NCBI GenBank assembly: GCA_963818455.1
Contig: CAWFSE010000009.1
Coordinates: 107,325 to 171,324 of the forward strand
Reading direction: 5' to 3'
DNA: 64,000 nucleotides
DNA from: an uncultured Actinomycetota bacterium
Lineage (GTDB): Bacteria; Actinomycetota; Actinomycetes; CAVWCF01
Part shown: positions 1 to 11,843 of the stretch, in pieces
Position numbering within the stretch: the first letter of the stretch is position 1
How the letters are laid out: each line of letters begins with the position of its first letter
Program-made: the position numbers and the translations under genes
Notes under the pieces: model-generated
What the model saw: the letters and a program-made list of their open reading frames with translations, nothing else
Database searches by the model: none
What the model was told of the DNA's origin: nothing

Positions 1-72
1 GGCCGCGCCCAGGCCGCCCCCGCCGTACGCGGCGGCGGTCGCCAGCTTGCGTGCCCGCGAGGCCCTGCCCAT
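1..72 (-). CDS. 5' end (24 codons) of a gene running off the left edge; product not assignable
   Basis: ATG at complement 70-72 followed by MGRASRARKLATAAAYGGGGLGAA with GC-rich third positions; divergent from cbs; too short to name. Confidence 0.3.
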   Translation of the reverse strand, partial: MGRASRARKLATAAAYGGGGLGAA

Positions 73-131
73 GACTCGACTGTAAGTCCTGCCTGTCGTC
101 GCCCACGCCCGGGCGGCCCTACGGTGGGGGG

Positions 132-1499
132 ATGCAGGTCCACGATTCGGTGGTCGACCTCGTCGGCCACACGCCCCTGGTCCGCCTCCACGCCCTCACC
201 GAGGGGATCGAGGGGCAGGTGCTCGCCAAGGTCGAGTACCTCAACCCCGGCGGCTCGGTGAAGGACCGGATCGCGCTCAAGATGGTCGAGGCCGCCGAGC
301 GCGAGGGCCTGCTCAAGCCGGGCGGCACGATCGTCGAGCCGACCTCCGGCAACACCGGCGTCGGACTCGCGCTGGTCGCCCAGAAGCGCGGCTACTCGTG
401 CGTCTTCGTCTGCCCCGACAAGGTCAGCCAGGACAAGATCAACGTGCTGCGCGCGTACGGGGCGCGGGTCGAGGTGTGCCCCACGGCGGTCGACCCGGAG
501 GACCCGCGCTCGTACTACCAGGTGTCGGACCGGCTGGCCCGCGAGATCCCGGGGGCGTGGAAGCCCGACCAGTACTCCAACCCGAACAACCCGCTGTCGC
601 ACTACGAGACGACCGGGCCGGAGCTGTGGGAGCAGACCGAGGGCCGGATCACGCACTTCGTCGCGGGCGTCGGCACCGGCGGCACGATCACCGGCGCCGG
701 GCGCTACCTCAAGGAGGTCTCCGGCGGCGCGGTGCAGGTCATCGGCGCGGACCCGGTCGGGTCCGTCTACAGCGGCGGGACGGGCCGGCCGTACCTCGTC
801 GAGGGGGTGGGCGAGGACTTCTGGCCGGAGACGTACGACCGCGACGTCTGCGACCAGATCATCGCGGTGAGCGACCGCGACTCGTTCCTCACCACCCGGC
901 GGCTCGCCCGCGAGGAGGGCCTGCTGGTCGGCGGCTCCTGCGGCATGGCGACCTGGGCGGCGCTCGAGGTGGCTCGGGCGGCCGGGCCGGACGCGGTCGT
1001 CGTCGTGCTGCTGCCGGACGGCGGGCGCGGCTACCTGTCGAAGGTGTTCAGCGACGAGTGGATGGCCGACTACGGGTTCCTGCGCACCGACGAGGGGCGC
1101 ACGGTGGGCGACGTGCTGCGCGGCAAGTCCGGCACCGACCTGCCCGCGCTCGTGCACACCCACCCGCACGAGACGGTGCGCGAGGCCATCGACATCCTGC
1201 GGGCGTACGGCGTCTCGCAGCTGCCGGTGGTCAAGGCCGAGCCGCCGGTGATGGCCGCCGAGGTCGTCGGCTCCGTCGTCGAGCGCGACCTGCTCGACGC
1301 GCTCTTCGCCGGCCGGGCCGAGCTGGCCGACCCGATCGAGCGGCACATGTCCCCGATGCTGCCGATGATCGGCGCCGGCGAGCCCGTCTCGGCCGCCGTG
1401 GCGGCCCTCGAGTCGGCCGACGCCGCGATCGTCGTCGACGACGGCCGGCCGACCGGGGTCATCACGCGCCAGGACGTGCTGGCGCACCTCGCGCGCTGA
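132..1499 (+). CDS. cbs: cystathionine beta-synthase (PLP cysteine-synthase fold plus C-terminal CBS pair)
   Basis: Intact 455-aa ORF; PLP-lysine region NPGGSVKDR, SGNTG and GTGGT loops; two C-terminal CBS modules (ETVREAIDILRAYGVSQLPVV ... RPTGVITRQDVL). Confidence 0.9.
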   Translation: MQVHDSVVDLVGHTPLVRLHALTEGIEGQVLAKVEYLNPGGSVKDRIALKMVEAAEREGLLKPGGTIVEPTSGNTGVGLALVAQKRGYSCVFVCPDKVSQDKINVLRAYGARVEVCPTAVDPEDPRSYYQVSDRLAREIPGAWKPDQYSNPNNPLSHYETTGPELWEQTEGRITHFVAGVGTGGTITGAGRYLKEVSGGAVQVIGADPVGSVYSGGTGRPYLVEGVGEDFWPETYDRDVCDQIIAVSDRDSFLTTRRLAREEGLLVGGSCGMATWAALEVARAAGPDAVVVVLLPDGGRGYLSKVFSDEWMADYGFLRTDEGRTVGDVLRGKSGTDLPALVHTHPHETVREAIDILRAYGVSQLPVVKAEPPVMAAEVVGSVVERDLLDALFAGRAELADPIERHMSPMLPMIGAGEPVSAAVAALESADAAIVVDDGRPTGVITRQDVLAHLAR

Positions 1500-1510
1500 C
1501 GCCCCCGCGC

Positions 1511-2248
1511 TCAGCCCTTGGTGATCACGTAGCCGGTGTAGGCGTACTCCTCCGCGCAGCGGCGGCGCACCTCGATCTCGTGGAGCTCGGCCGCGGCCGC
1601 CGCCCGCTCCTCGTCGCTGGCCGGGGTGAAGGCGCGGATCCGCTCCTCCAGGGGCGTGTAGTACTCGTCCCACCAGTCGGAGTCCGGCAGCTGGTACGTC
1701 GCGCGCAGGGTCACGCCGCGGGACTCGATGGCCCGGACGTTCTCGGCCGTGGTGCGCATGCCCGGGTACTCGGCCCAGAAGGCCCGCGCCTCCATCGACG
1801 GCGACTCGGTCACCCACTCGCACTCGGTGAGGACGAGTGAGCCGCCGTCGCGCAGCAGCGGCAGCCAGCCGCGCAGCGCGGCGTCGAAGCCCATCAGGTA
1901 CACCGCCCCCTCGGACCAGATCAGGTCGACGCTTCCGGGGGCGACGTCCAGCGCGTCCATCGACACCTGGCGGGCTGTGATCCGGTCTGCGAGCCCCTGC
2001 GCGGCCGCATCCCGCTCGAGCTCGGCGAGGAGCTCGGGGCTGGTGTCGACGGCCGTGATGTGGAGCCCGGTCTCCCTCGCGAGCACCAGGCTGGCGCGGC
2101 CTGGCCCACAGCCGAGGTCGAGCGCCTCTCCGTCGGCGGGCAGCGGGTCGGCGAGCGAGAGCAGGCGGCGGGTCGTCGCGTCCGAGCCAGGACCCTGGCG
2201 GGGCAGCCCCCGGTGCAGGTGCCAGAAGGTCTCGATGGCGTCCATCAC
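1511..2248 (-). CDS. class I SAM-dependent methyltransferase
   Basis: Intact 245-aa ORF; SAM motif I ALDLGCGPG and post-I/II DLIWSEGAVY. Confidence 0.85.
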   Translation of the reverse strand: MMDAIETFWHLHRGLPRQGPGSDATTRRLLSLADPLPADGEALDLGCGPGRASLVLARETGLHITAVDTSPELLAELERDAAAQGLADRITARQVSMDALDVAPGSVDLIWSEGAVYLMGFDAALRGWLPLLRDGGSLVLTECEWVTESPSMEARAFWAEYPGMRTTAENVRAIESRGVTLRATYQLPDSDWWDEYYTPLEERIRAFTPASDEERAAAAAELHEIEVRRRCAEEYAYTGYVITKG

Positions 2249-2262
2249 GGCACTCCTTGGGG

Positions 2263-3082
2263 TCAGAAGGCAGGCGGGCGGCGTTCAAGGAAGGCCGCCG
2301 TCCCCTCGCGGTGGTCGGCGGACTGCAGGGACTCGCGGACCAGGGCCGTCGCCGCCGAGGTGACGAGGGGCTCGTCGGGCCGCCGGCCCGCCGCGGCCCA
2401 CCGGATCGTCGAGCGCATCCCGCGGACGGCGACGGGGGAGGCGGCGGCGAGCTCGGCCACCAGGGTGTCGGTGGCGGCCGCGAGGTCTGACCGCGGCACG
2501 CAGAGCGTCGACCAGGCCCACCCGCAACGCCCACGCGGCGTCGAAGCGCGCCCCGGTGAGCAGCATCCGCCGGGCGGCCGAAGGGCCGACGAGTTGGACG
2601 AGCGCGAGGGTGTCGGCGTACGGGTAGACGAGCCCGAGCCGCGCCGGGGTGATCGCGAACACCGAGTCGTCCGAGCAGACCCGCAGGTCGCAGGCGACCG
2701 CCAGGCCCGCCCCGCCGCCGACGCACGCGCCGGCGATCACGGCGACGGTGGGCAGCGCGCTGTCGCGTACGGCGTCGAGGGCGCGGGTCACGCGGTCGTG
2801 GTTGCCCAGGCCCCACTCGGCGTCGTCGGCGTGGGCGCGGTACTCCTCAAGGTCGGCGCCGGCCGAGAACGCCCGCTCGGCGGCGGAGCGGACCACGAGC
2901 ACGCGCGCGCCGTCTGCGGCCATCGCCCCGGCCTGCTCGACCAGGGCCGGCAGCCCGTCCCACATCTCCTCGGTGAAGGCGTTGGCGCGCTCGGCCCGGT
3001 TGAGGATGAGCGAGACGACATGGTCGTCGCGCTCCAGGCGCAGCGGCGGGTGGGTCGTGGTGTCCAGGGGGCCGTCGGTCAC
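2263..3082 (-). CDS. enoyl-CoA hydratase/isomerase (crotonase) family protein, one frame break near 2505
   Basis: N-part in ORF 2285..3172 (LILNRAERANAF, FSAGADL, IAGACVGGG oxyanion-hole motifs). C-part in ORF 2263..2499 (EGTAAFLERRPPAF, the typical crotonase end). Length is 3n+1. Confidence 0.8.
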
Positions 3083-3179
3083 GCGTTCGAGCGTACGGGC
3101 TGGCCTGTCCACAGGAGGGGTCACACGCAAGCGGGCGCGGTCGCACGGTCGAACGTGTGACCCCCGCCTCAACCGTTGG

Positions 3180-3827
3180 TCAGAGGGGGCAGGTGACGCC
3201 GGTGCCGCCGAGGCCGCAGTAGCCGTTGGGGACCTTGTAGAGGTACTGCTGGTGGTAGTCCTCGGCGTAGTAGAAGACCCGGCCCTCGGCCGCCGCCACC
3301 TCGGTCGTCACCGAGCCGTACCCGCGGGCGTCGAGCGCCGGCTGGTAGGCGCGCAGCAGCTCCTCGGCGGCGGCCTGCTGCTCGGCCGACGTCCAGTACA
3401 GCGCGGAGCGGTACTGCGTGCCGGTGTCGTTGCCCTGGCGGTAGCCCTGGGTCGGGTCGTGCGCCTCCAGGAAGCGCGCGACGAGGGCGCGGTACGAGAC
3501 CACGGCCGGGTCGTACACGACCTGGACCGCCTCGGTGTGGCCCGTCATCCCCGTGCAGACCTCGTCGTACGTGGGGTGCGGGGTGGCGCCGCCCTGGTAG
3601 CCGACGGCGGTGGAGTAGACGCCGGGCGTCTGCCAGAAGACGCGCTCGGCCCCCCAGAAGCAGCCCAGGGCGAAGTAGGCGACCTCGAGCCCCGCGGGCC
3701 AGGGGCCCTCCAGCGGCGTGCCGAGGACGGCGTGCGTGGCCGGGACGGCGTACGGCCGGGTGGCGCGGCCCGGCAGCGCCTCCTCGGGCGTCACCAGGCG
3801 GGTCTTCGCGAACCGGCTGAACAGCAC
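3180..3827 (-). CDS. msrA: peptide-methionine (S)-S-oxide reductase
   Basis: Last 215 codons of ORF 3180..6092. GCFWG active-site motif, [16 protein letters not shown]; in-frame GTG at complement 3825-3827. The rest of the 970-aa ORF is antisense to the MCP. Confidence 0.9.
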   Translation of the reverse strand: MLFSRFAKTRLVTPEEALPGRATRPYAVPATHAVLGTPLEGPWPAGLEVAYFALGCFWGAERVFWQTPGVYSTAVGYQGGATPHPTYDEVCTGMTGHTEAVQVVYDPAVVSYRALVARFLEAHDPTQGYRQGNDTGTQYRSALYWTSAEQQAAAEELLRAYQPALDARGYGSVTTEVAAAEGRVFYYAEDYHQQYLYKVPNGYCGLGGTGVTCPL

Positions 3828-4013
3828 GGGGTCCTCCGGGGCTGGGGATCGAGCGAGCCAAAGCTGCTTGATCAACGGCGGGTGTTGGGTGGTGGGTGCC
3901 TTGGCATCAACGATGCGGCACGGCCCGGTGTTCCGCCACCGGTCACCCGGTTGGCTCAACCCGGCGCCGCCCTGTGCCGATGGCAGGGCTAGGACTCGGG
4001 CCGCAGCGCCCGC

Positions 4014-6083
4014 ATGCGCAGGGGAGGGCGGCAGGTGCCCAGCAGGCGGTTGGTGGCGGCGGTGGTGGGTGGAGCGCTGCTGGCCGGCTCCGGCGCGCTC
4101 GCCGCCCGGTCCGCCGCGCAGGCCGACTCGGCGGCCGTCGAGCTCCAGGTCCGGCTGGCCGCGGCATCCCGCGACGGCGCGAACCGGGTGTCCCAGGCGA
4201 TGGACCAGGCGCGGCTGGCGGCCTCGGTCGTCAGCCGGGTGCCCTCCTTCGCCCTGTATGCCGCACCGGGAGCCGAGGCCGGGGGCAAGTCCGAGCAGGC
4301 GGCCCGTGCCGCCGCGCTCGCCGGGGCGACGTACGCCCTGACCGATCTCCAGCGCGTCCTGCCTGGCCTGGTCGACACCGCGTCGTACCGCGCGACCACG
4401 GGGCCGGAGTACGTGCGCGTCGTGGAAGGCGCCCCCGTCGACCCCGGCGCCCTGGCCGTGGATGCCTCGGACGCGCCCTGGCTGGAGGCGGCTGCCCGGC
4501 TGGAGCCCGGCTCGGTCTACCAGTCCGTGCCGCTGGTCTCCCGGGCGAACGGACGCTCGGTGGTCACCACCGCCGTCGTGATCGGTGCGCCCACGCCGAC
4601 CGGCGGCTCCCCGGCGGTCGGTGGGGGCACGTCGGTCGTTGCGGTGGACACCCCGCTCACCCAGCTTCTCCAGCAGCTGGACGGCGCCGGAGACCGGGTG
4701 GAGCTGCGGGTCGTCGACGCCTACTCCGGCCGGGAGCTGATCGGCCCCGACGGCGTGTACGCCCTCGCCGACGCCCCGCCGGCCGCGCCCGAGCTGGTGT
4801 CGGCCCTGCGCCGGGGCGTGGACTCGGGCGCGCTCAGCCTGGACGGTCGGTGGTCGTCGTTCGCCCGGCTCACCGAGGAGTCCACCTTCCGCGGCTCCGA
4901 CGACAACGACTGGTTCGTGGTCGGCTCGGCGCCGGAGCTCCCGGTCGGCTGGCAGGCGCAGCCGGCGGCACTGTGGGCGATGCTGGCGGCGTCCGTGCTG
5001 CTCCTGGGCTACGCGCTGCTCGGCTGGCTTCGCCGGCTGCGCCGCGATGCCGTCGCCCACGTGGAGGCGGCCGCCGAGCGCGACGCGCTGCAGGAGCGGA
5101 TCGAGGCGATCTCCGGCGCGCTCGGCGAGGCCGCCCAGGGCAACCTCGCCGTGCGGGTGCCCGTCGACGGGCTGGCCGACGAGACGCTGCTGACCCTGGC
5201 CGGCGGGTTCGACGACACCCTGACGAGGCTGCGCGACCTGGTCGCCGAGGCCCAGCAGAACGGCGCCCTGCTGTCGCAGGCCTCCACCGAGCTTCGGGTC
5301 ACCGCCACCCAGCAGGCCGCGGCCGCCCAGCAGCAGTCGTCCGCGGTCGCCGAGACCTCGGCGACGATCGAGGAGCTGGCCGCGACGGCCGCCCAGATCG
5401 CGCAGACCTCCGAAGCCGTCGCCCGGGCGGCCGACCAGACCCTGCGGCTCACCGAGGACGGCCGGGATGCGGTGTCGGCGTCGGTGGCGGCGATGGACGC
5501 GATCGCCTCGCGGGTGGACTCGATCGCGGCGCGCGCGCTGTCGCTGGGGGAGAAGTCGCAGCAGATCGGGCGGATCCTGGAGGTGATCGACGACCTGGCG
5601 GACCAGACGAACCTGCTGGCGTTGAACGCGGCGATCGAGGCGGCCCGGGCGGGGGAGCACGGGCGGGGGTTCGCGGTGGTGGCCAGCGAGGTGCGCAAGC
5701 TGGCGGAGCGCTCGCAGGAGTCGGCGGGGCGGATCCAGACGATCGTGGCGGAGATCCAGACGGAGACGAACGCGACGATCCTGGCCAGCGAGGACGGCGC
5801 CCGCGAGGTGCACGAGGGGACCCGGCTGGCCCGGGGCGCGGCGGACTCCTTGGACCGGATCGCCGAGATGGTGGACGAGACGACCGTCGCCTCGCGCGAG
5901 ATCTCGATCGCCACCCAGCAGCAGCGCTCGGCCTCCGAGCAGGTGGTGACGGCGATGGCCCAGGTCTCCGACGTGTCGCGGCAGTACGCCGCGGGGTCGC
6001 AGCAGGCGGCCGACTCGGCCGACGAGCTGGCCGGGCTGGCCGGGCGGATGACCCGGTCGGTCAGCGCGTTCTCCACCCGCTGA
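4014..6083 (+). CDS. methyl-accepting chemotaxis protein (two TM segments, extracytoplasmic sensor, HAMP, signalling hairpin)
   Basis: Intact 689-aa ORF; highly conserved MCP hairpin [38 protein letters not shown]; TM segments at about aa 12-32 and 318-340. Confidence 0.9.
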   Translation: MRRGGRQVPSRRLVAAVVGGALLAGSGALAARSAAQADSAAVELQVRLAAASRDGANRVSQAMDQARLAASVVSRVPSFALYAAPGAEAGGKSEQAARAAALAGATYALTDLQRVLPGLVDTASYRATTGPEYVRVVEGAPVDPGALAVDASDAPWLEAAARLEPGSVYQSVPLVSRANGRSVVTTAVVIGAPTPTGGSPAVGGGTSVVAVDTPLTQLLQQLDGAGDRVELRVVDAYSGRELIGPDGVYALADAPPAAPELVSALRRGVDSGALSLDGRWSSFARLTEESTFRGSDDNDWFVVGSAPELPVGWQAQPAALWAMLAASVLLLGYALLGWLRRLRRDAVAHVEAAAERDALQERIEAISGALGEAAQGNLAVRVPVDGLADETLLTLAGGFDDTLTRLRDLVAEAQQNGALLSQASTELRVTATQQAAAAQQQSSAVAETSATIEELAATAAQIAQTSEAVARAADQTLRLTEDGRDAVSASVAAMDAIASRVDSIAARALSLGEKSQQIGRILEVIDDLADQTNLLALNAAIEAARAGEHGRGFAVVASEVRKLAERSQESAGRIQTIVAEIQTETNATILASEDGAREVHEGTRLARGAADSLDRIAEMVDETTVASREISIATQQQRSASEQVVTAMAQVSDVSRQYAAGSQQAADSADELAGLAGRMTRSVSAFSTR

Positions 6084-6127
6084 GCCGGCCACCGCCGCAC
6101 GGGCCCGTCCGCCCGTACGCTGCGGGG

Positions 6128-7267
6128 ATGACCGGATTCGAGACGCTCGCCATCCACGCAGGGCAGGAGCCGGACCCGACCACGGGCGCCGTGGTCCCGC
6201 CGATCTACCAGGTGTCGACGTACAAGCAGGACGGCGTGGGCGGGCTGCGCGGCGGGTACGAGTACTCGCGCTCCGGCAACCCCACCCGCACGGCCCTGGA
6301 GGAGTGCCTGGCCGCGCTCGAGGGCGGGGTGCGCGGCCTCGCGTTCGCCTCGGGGCTGGCCGCCGAGGACACCCTGCTGCGCACCGTGTGCGGCCCTGGC
6401 GACCACGTGGTGATCCCCGACGACGCCTACGGGGGCACGTACCGGCTGTTCGCCCAGGTCCTGCAGCGGTGGGGCCTCGAGCACACCCCCGCCCGGCTCT
6501 CCGACCCCGCGGCGGTGGCGGCGGCGGTCCGCCCGGGCCAGACCAAGGTCGTGTGGGTCGAGACGCCCACCAACCCGCTGCTGGGGATCGCCGACATCGC
6601 CGCGCTCGCCGAGGTCGCGCATGCCGCGGGCGCGCTGCTGGTCGTCGACAACACCTTCGCCTCGCCCTATCTGCAGCAGCCGCTGGCGCTCGGCGCCGAC
6701 GTCGTCGTGCACTCGACCACGAAGTACCTCGGCGGGCACAGCGATGTGATCGGCGGGGGGCTGGTCGCGGCCGACCCCGAGGTGGCCGAGCGGCTGGCCT
6801 ACCACCAGAACGCGATGGGCTCGGTCGCCGGGCCGTTCGACTCGTGGCTGGTGCTGCGCGGGATCAAGACCCTCGCGGTCCGAATGGATCGCCATTGCGC
6901 TAACGCCGAGAGGGTGGTGGAGCACCTGCTCGGGCACCCGGCGGTCGAGGAGGTGCTCTACCCGGGGCTGCACGGCCACCCCGGCCATGCCGTCGCGGCG
7001 CGCCAGATGCGGGCCTTCGGCGGGATGGTGTCGTTTCGGGTGCGCGGCGGCGAGGAGGCCGCGTTGGCGGTGTGCGGCCGCGCGGAGGTCTTCACGTTGG
7101 GCGAGTCGCTCGGCGGGGTCGAGTCGCTGATCGAGCACCCCGGCCGGATGACCCACGCCAGCGTCGCGGGCAGCCCGCTGGAGGTGCCGGCCGACCTGGT
7201 CCGGCTCTCGGTGGGGCTGGAGTCCGTCGAGGACCTGCTGGGCGACCTGGACCGGGCGCTCGGCTGA
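6128..7267 (+). CDS. metB: cystathionine gamma-synthase/gamma-lyase (Cys/Met-metabolism PLP enzyme)
   Basis: In-frame ATG 6128 inside ORF 3896..7267; [11 protein letters not shown]-lysine motif [21 protein letters not shown]. Confidence 0.9.
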   Translation: MTGFETLAIHAGQEPDPTTGAVVPPIYQVSTYKQDGVGGLRGGYEYSRSGNPTRTALEECLAALEGGVRGLAFASGLAAEDTLLRTVCGPGDHVVIPDDAYGGTYRLFAQVLQRWGLEHTPARLSDPAAVAAAVRPGQTKVVWVETPTNPLLGIADIAALAEVAHAAGALLVVDNTFASPYLQQPLALGADVVVHSTTKYLGGHSDVIGGGLVAADPEVAERLAYHQNAMGSVAGPFDSWLVLRGIKTLAVRMDRHCANAERVVEHLLGHPAVEEVLYPGLHGHPGHAVAARQMRAFGGMVSFRVRGGEEAALAVCGRAEVFTLGESLGGVESLIEHPGRMTHASVAGSPLEVPADLVRLSVGLESVEDLLGDLDRALG

Positions 7268-7281
7268 GCGTGGACCGCGCG

Positions 7282-8666
7282 ATGCGCAGCGACTCCCGGC
7301 GTCGGGCCGGCCGGCATGCCTGCGTCGACGTCGGGTCGACCTGGACCAAGGCCGCCCTGGTCGGCCCCGAGGGCGACCTGCTCGGCACGGGGGCGCACCC
7401 GACCACGTTGGCCGACGACGTGATGCGCGGGGTACGGGCCGCCGTGGCCGAGGCCGGGGGGGACGGCCGCGACGCGCTGCGGATCTGCTCCAGCGCCGGG
7501 GGCGGGCTGCGTTTGGCGGTGGTCGGGTACGAGCGCGCGGTGACCGCGGAGGCCGGTCGGCGGGTCGGGTTGTCGGCGGGCGCCCGCGTGCACCACGTCG
7601 CCTCCGGGCGGCTGGACGACGACGGCGCTGGACGACCTGCTGGCCGCCGGCCCCGACGTGGTGCTCCTGGCCGGCGGGACGGATGGCGGCGACGCCGAGG
7701 TGCTGCTCGCCAACGCGGCCGCCCTCGCCGGCCGGCGGTGCCCGCTGGCCCGTGGTGCTCGCGGGCAACGCCGAGGCGAGGGGCGAGGCCGAGGCCCTGC
7801 TGCGGTCGGGGGGCGTCGACGTCCAGGCCACCGCCAACGTGCTGCCCGCGATCGGCCACCTCGACCCGCGCCCCGCGCGGGAGGCGATCCGCTCGGTGTT
7901 CCTGCGGCACGTGATCGGCGGCAAGCACCTGTCGGCCGAGCCGGCCTTCGCCCGCGCGGTCCGCTGCGCCACGCCGGACGCCGTCCTGGCCGGCGTCGAG
8001 CTGCTCGCCGACGGCGCGGGCGCCGTGGCCGGCCTCGGCCAGGTCCTCGTCGTGGACGTCGGCGGGGCGACCACGGATGTGTACTCCGTCGTCGAGCCCG
8101 ACGCCGAGGAGGGCGCCCTGCACCGCGAGGTCGTGGAGCCGATGTGGCGCGAGCGCACCGTGGAGGGCGACCTCGGCGTGCGGTGGGGCGCACCGGGGGT
8201 CGCCGAGGCCGCTGAGTCCGAGCGCCTGCTGCAGCCCGGCGAGGCCGGCCCGCTGGCCGAGGCCGCGCGACACCGGGCGGACCAGCCCGACTGGGTGCCC
8301 GCGGCCGACGACGACGCGGGCCGGGACGCCGACCGGCGGCTGGGCCTCCTGGCCGGGCTCACCGCGCTGCGCCGCCACGGCCGGGCCAGCCTGGACGGCG
8401 ACGTGCGCCGCCCGGCGAAGGACCTGTCGGGCGTACGGCTCGTGGTCGCGTCCGGCGGGGTGTTCCGGCACCTGCCCGAGGCCGCGCACGCCGACGTGCT
8501 CGCGGCGCTGCTGGACGACGCGGGCGGCGGCTGGCGGCCGCCGGAGCGGGCCCGGGCGGTGGTCGACCGCCGTTACGTCCTGGCGGCCGCCGGGCTGCTC
8601 GCCGAGGAGTCGCCCGAGGCCGCGGCCCGCCTGCTGGCCGAGCAGCTCGGCGCTGCCACGCCCTAG
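7282..8666 (+). CDS. GlmL/MutL-like (glutamate mutase accessory, ASKHA-fold) protein, two frame breaks (about 7620 and 7740)
   Basis: [15 protein letters not shown]-terminal phosphate loop (ORF 7072..7914), [10 protein letters not shown] (ORF 7658..8215), [12 protein letters not shown] and the remainder (ORF 7683..8666). Length is 3n+2. Confidence 0.65.
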
Positions 8667-8675
8667 GGTCGGGGT

Positions 8676-10054
8676 ATGACCACCCCGCACACCGAGTCAG
8701 CACTGGCCGCCCGCTCCACCGCCGCCGGGATCGCCCGCCTCGTTCGCTCCGGCGAGCTGTCACCGGCCGATTCGGTCGCCGCCTCGCTCGGCCGGATCAC
8801 GGCGCACGACGACCGGATCGGCGCCTTCCAGGTCGTCCGCGCCGAGCGCGCCCTGGCCGAGGCGACCGCGCTGGCCAACGATCCGAGGCTGCCCGACCTG
8901 CCGCTGGCCGGGGTGCCGATCGCCATCAAGGACAACGTCCCGGTGCGCGGCGAGCCGATGCGGGTGGGCTCGGCCGCGACCTCGGACCGCCCGTCGCCGG
9001 CGGACCACCCGGTGGTCGATCGGCTGCGGGCCGCCGGCGCCGTCGTGGTCGGGATCACCCGCGTCCCGGAGCTGTGCATCTTCGGCACCACCGACTCGGT
9101 GTACGGCGTCACCCGCAACCCGTGGTCGCTCGACCGCACGTCCGGCGGCTCGTCCGGCGGGGCCGCCGCCGCCGTCGCGGCCGGCATGGTCCCGGTGGCG
9201 CACGCCGCCGACGGGGCCGGCTCGATCCGGATCCCGTCCGCCTGCTGCGGGCTCTTCGGCATCAAGCCGGGCCGCGGGGTGGTGCCCGCCATGCTCGGGC
9301 CGACCGACTGGTACGGCATGAGCGAGAACGGCCCGATCGCCACCACCGTCGAGGACGCCGCGCTGCTGCTGTCGGTGATGGCCGACCGGCCGGAGCTGGC
9401 GGAGGTCCGCGAGCCGGAGGGCCCGCTGCGGATCGCCGTCTCGATCCAGGCGCCGCTTCCGGGCGTCACGGTGGACCGCGAGCACGCCAAGGCGGTCATC
9501 CGCACGGCCAAGATCCTCGAGGCGGCCGGCCACCAGATCGAGGCCGGCCGAGCTCGACGGTGCCCACCTCGGCGGTGTGGCACACGATGAAGCGCTGGTA
9601 CGCCGGCGCCCACGACGACGCCGAGCTGCTGCCGCAGGCGGACCTCGAGCGGCGCACCCGGGTGCACGCCGCGCTGGGCGGCCGGGTCAAGCGGCACGCC
9701 CCGCCGCTGCCGGAGGAGGCCGACGCCTGGCGCATGCTCGCGCTGCAGTTCTTCGCCCGCTACGACGTGCTGCTCGCGCCCGCCCTGGCCAATCCGCCGA
9801 TCGCGGCCGATCGCTGGGGCGAGCGGGGCTGGCTGCGCAACGTCGTCGCCAACCTGCGGTACGCGCCGTTCGGCGCCGCCTGGAACCTCGCCGGCTGGCC
9901 CGCGGCGTCGGTCCCCGCCGGGGTGCACCCCGAGGCGGGCACGCCGCTGTCGGTCCAGCTGGTCACGCCCGAGGGCGGGGAGGGCCTGCTGCTCGGCCTG
10001 GCCGCGCAGCTCGAGCGGCTGCGCCCCTGGCGGCGGACGGCTCCGGGGTACTAG
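8676..10054 (+). CDS. amidase-signature family amidase, one frame break near 9545
   Basis: ORF 8676..9590 carries GVPIAIKDN and GGSSGG with [16 protein letters not shown]; the C-terminal third continues in ORF 9074..10054 ([13 protein letters not shown]). Confidence 0.85.
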
Positions 10055-10476
10055 GCCGGGTTGTTGGACTGGCCGCCGCCCCGGGGCGGTACGACCCGAC
10101 GCTCCACAGGTGGCCGCCCGGGTCGCGCAGGGTGAAGTCGCGAGCCGCCGTACTCCTGCTGGGTGAGCGGCTGCACGACCTCGGCCTTCATCTCGACGGC
10201 GCGCTCGAAGGCGGCGGCGACGGAGGGGTCGTCATCGGTCGCGAGGTACGTCCAGGACGGGCCGGTCTCGACGACGAGGCGGCCCGGTTCGCCTGCGGCG
10301 GGCTCGTCGCCCAGCATCAGCACGCCGTTGCCCCACTGCAGCTCGGCGTGCATGACCCCGCCCGCGGCGTTGCGGAAGGCCGTGCGCGGCTCGGCGCCGA
10401 GCACGTGCACCAGCCACTCGATCGCGGCGTCGCAGTCGGCGTAGCGAAGCGTCGGGATCACATTCGGTCGCGGCAT
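10051..10476 (-). CDS. VOC/glyoxalase-family (PhnB-like) protein, frame break near 10130
   Basis: [22 protein letters not shown]...[18 protein letters not shown] in the tail of ORF 10051..10914. Expected ...[20 protein letters not shown] appears only after removing one base. Confidence 0.65.
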   Translation of the reverse strand: MPRPNVIPTLRYADCDAAIEWLVHVLGAEPRTAFRNAAGGVMHAELQWGNGVLMLGDEPAAGEPGRLVVETGPSWTYLATDDDPSVAAAFERAVEMKAEVVQPLTQQEYGGSRLHPARPGRPPVERRVVPPRGGGQSNNPA

Positions 10477-10574
10477 CGGGAAGCTGTTGTCATCTGCGTC
10501 GTCGCCAAGGGCCATGGCGCAACTCTGTGCGGGGAGCGGGCTGCCGCGCAAGGCGGCAGACGGTCGGGACTGGC

Positions 10575-11827
10575 TCAGCCGCCCGCGGCTCGCGCCTGCC
10601 GGGCCTGGCGCCTCGGCAGCGTCTCGGGCATCACCGCCACGGCGCCGACCGCGACCGCCGGCGATCGCCGCGGTCGCGCCGAACGCCACCGCGAACGAGT
10701 AGTCGTCGGCCAGCAGCCCGCCGACCAGCGGGCCGATGAAGGTGCCGGCGTCGCTGGCCATCTGGAAGGCCGCCACCGGCTTGCCGCCGCGGCCGTGGAT
10801 GACGTCGCCGACCACGCCGCTGCCGGCCGTGCCGATGAAGGCCGACCCGGCCCCGAAGAGCGCCATCGACAGCAGGTACGTCGCCGGCGTCTCGACGGCG
10901 GCGAGCAGCAGCATCGACGCCAGGCTCAGGCTCGCGCCGAGCAGCAGGAAGGGCTTGCGGCCCCGGCTGTCGGCCAGCCGGCCGGCGGGGAGCGAGGAAC
11001 AGCGCCTGCACCGCGGCCGAGACGAGCAGCCCCCAGCCGGTCCACTGCGCGCCGAGCTTGAGGCCCTCGACGACGTACACCGGGATCAGCGAGACGCGCA
11101 GCCCGAAGAGCGCCCAGCCGTTGAAGAAGTTGTTCGCGATCGCCGCCTGGTACGCGCGGGACCGGAACGCCGTCTTGAGCGGCATCGGCTCGGCCTCGGT
11201 GCGCTCCTGCTCCAGCGCGCGCAGCGAGGTGTGGCGCAGGGCGACCAGCGCCAGGGTCCCGGCCAGGGTCAGCGTGAAGGCGTAGACGAAGAACGGCGCC
11301 CGCAGCGACCACGCGGCCAGCGGCCCGCCGAAGGCCGGGCCGGTGATGCCGCCGATCAGGAACCCGGCGGTCGCCGCGCCGGCGGCCCGCGCGCGCTGGT
11401 CCGGGGCCACCACGCGCAGCAGCAGCGCGACGCTCGACACCGTGAACATCGCCGATCCGACGCCGCCCGCCCCGCGCAGGACGACCAGCTGGCCGTACGA
11501 CTGGGCCAGGCCGGCCAGCAGCGAGCTGACCGCGACGATGCCGATCCCGATGCCGAGCACGAGGCGCTCGCCGATCCGGTCGGCCAGCCGCCCGGCGCCC
11601 AGCGCGGAGACGAAGCGCATCAGGGCGAAGACGGAGATCACCGCGCCGGCGGCGAGGTTGCCGACGCCGAACTCCTTGGCGAACAGCGGCAGCGCCGGGG
11701 CCACGATCCCGAAGCCCACCGCGACGAGGAAGTTGACCCCGACCAGGATCGGGACCTCGCGCGGCAGGTCCGACAGCGGCCACCGCGAGCGGCGCGGTCG
11801 GCTCGCGGGGCTGGTCGGGGTGCTCAT
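10575..11827 (-). CDS. MFS transporter (12-TM type), two single-base insertions (about 10985 and 10660)
   Basis: ORF 10631..11827 gives TM1-8 (GRLADRIGER motif). The middle continues in ORF 10051..10914 (PAGRLADSRGRK second D/RxGRR-like motif). The last 18 codons, [18 protein letters not shown]-stop, are in a third frame. Confidence 0.8.
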
Positions 11828-11843
11828 GGCCGCGCCGATCCTG

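Noticed and set aside
3828-6092. The 970-aa ORF 3180..6092 as a giant MsrA fusion protein
   Set aside because: Only the last 215 codons are MsrA-like. The upstream 750 codons are low-complexity and exactly antisense to the well-supported MCP gene.
5009-8362. 1,117-aa minus-strand ORF, and similar giants: 398..1840(+), 2649..3992(+), 16600..18888(-) N-part, 19585..21040(+), 51708..54068(-), 54345..56861(-)
   Set aside because: They are Arg/Pro/Gly/Ala-rich with no recognisable motifs, and they lie antisense or out of frame to genes with clear homology. These are the classic shadow ORFs of a >70% GC genome, where stop codons are rare.
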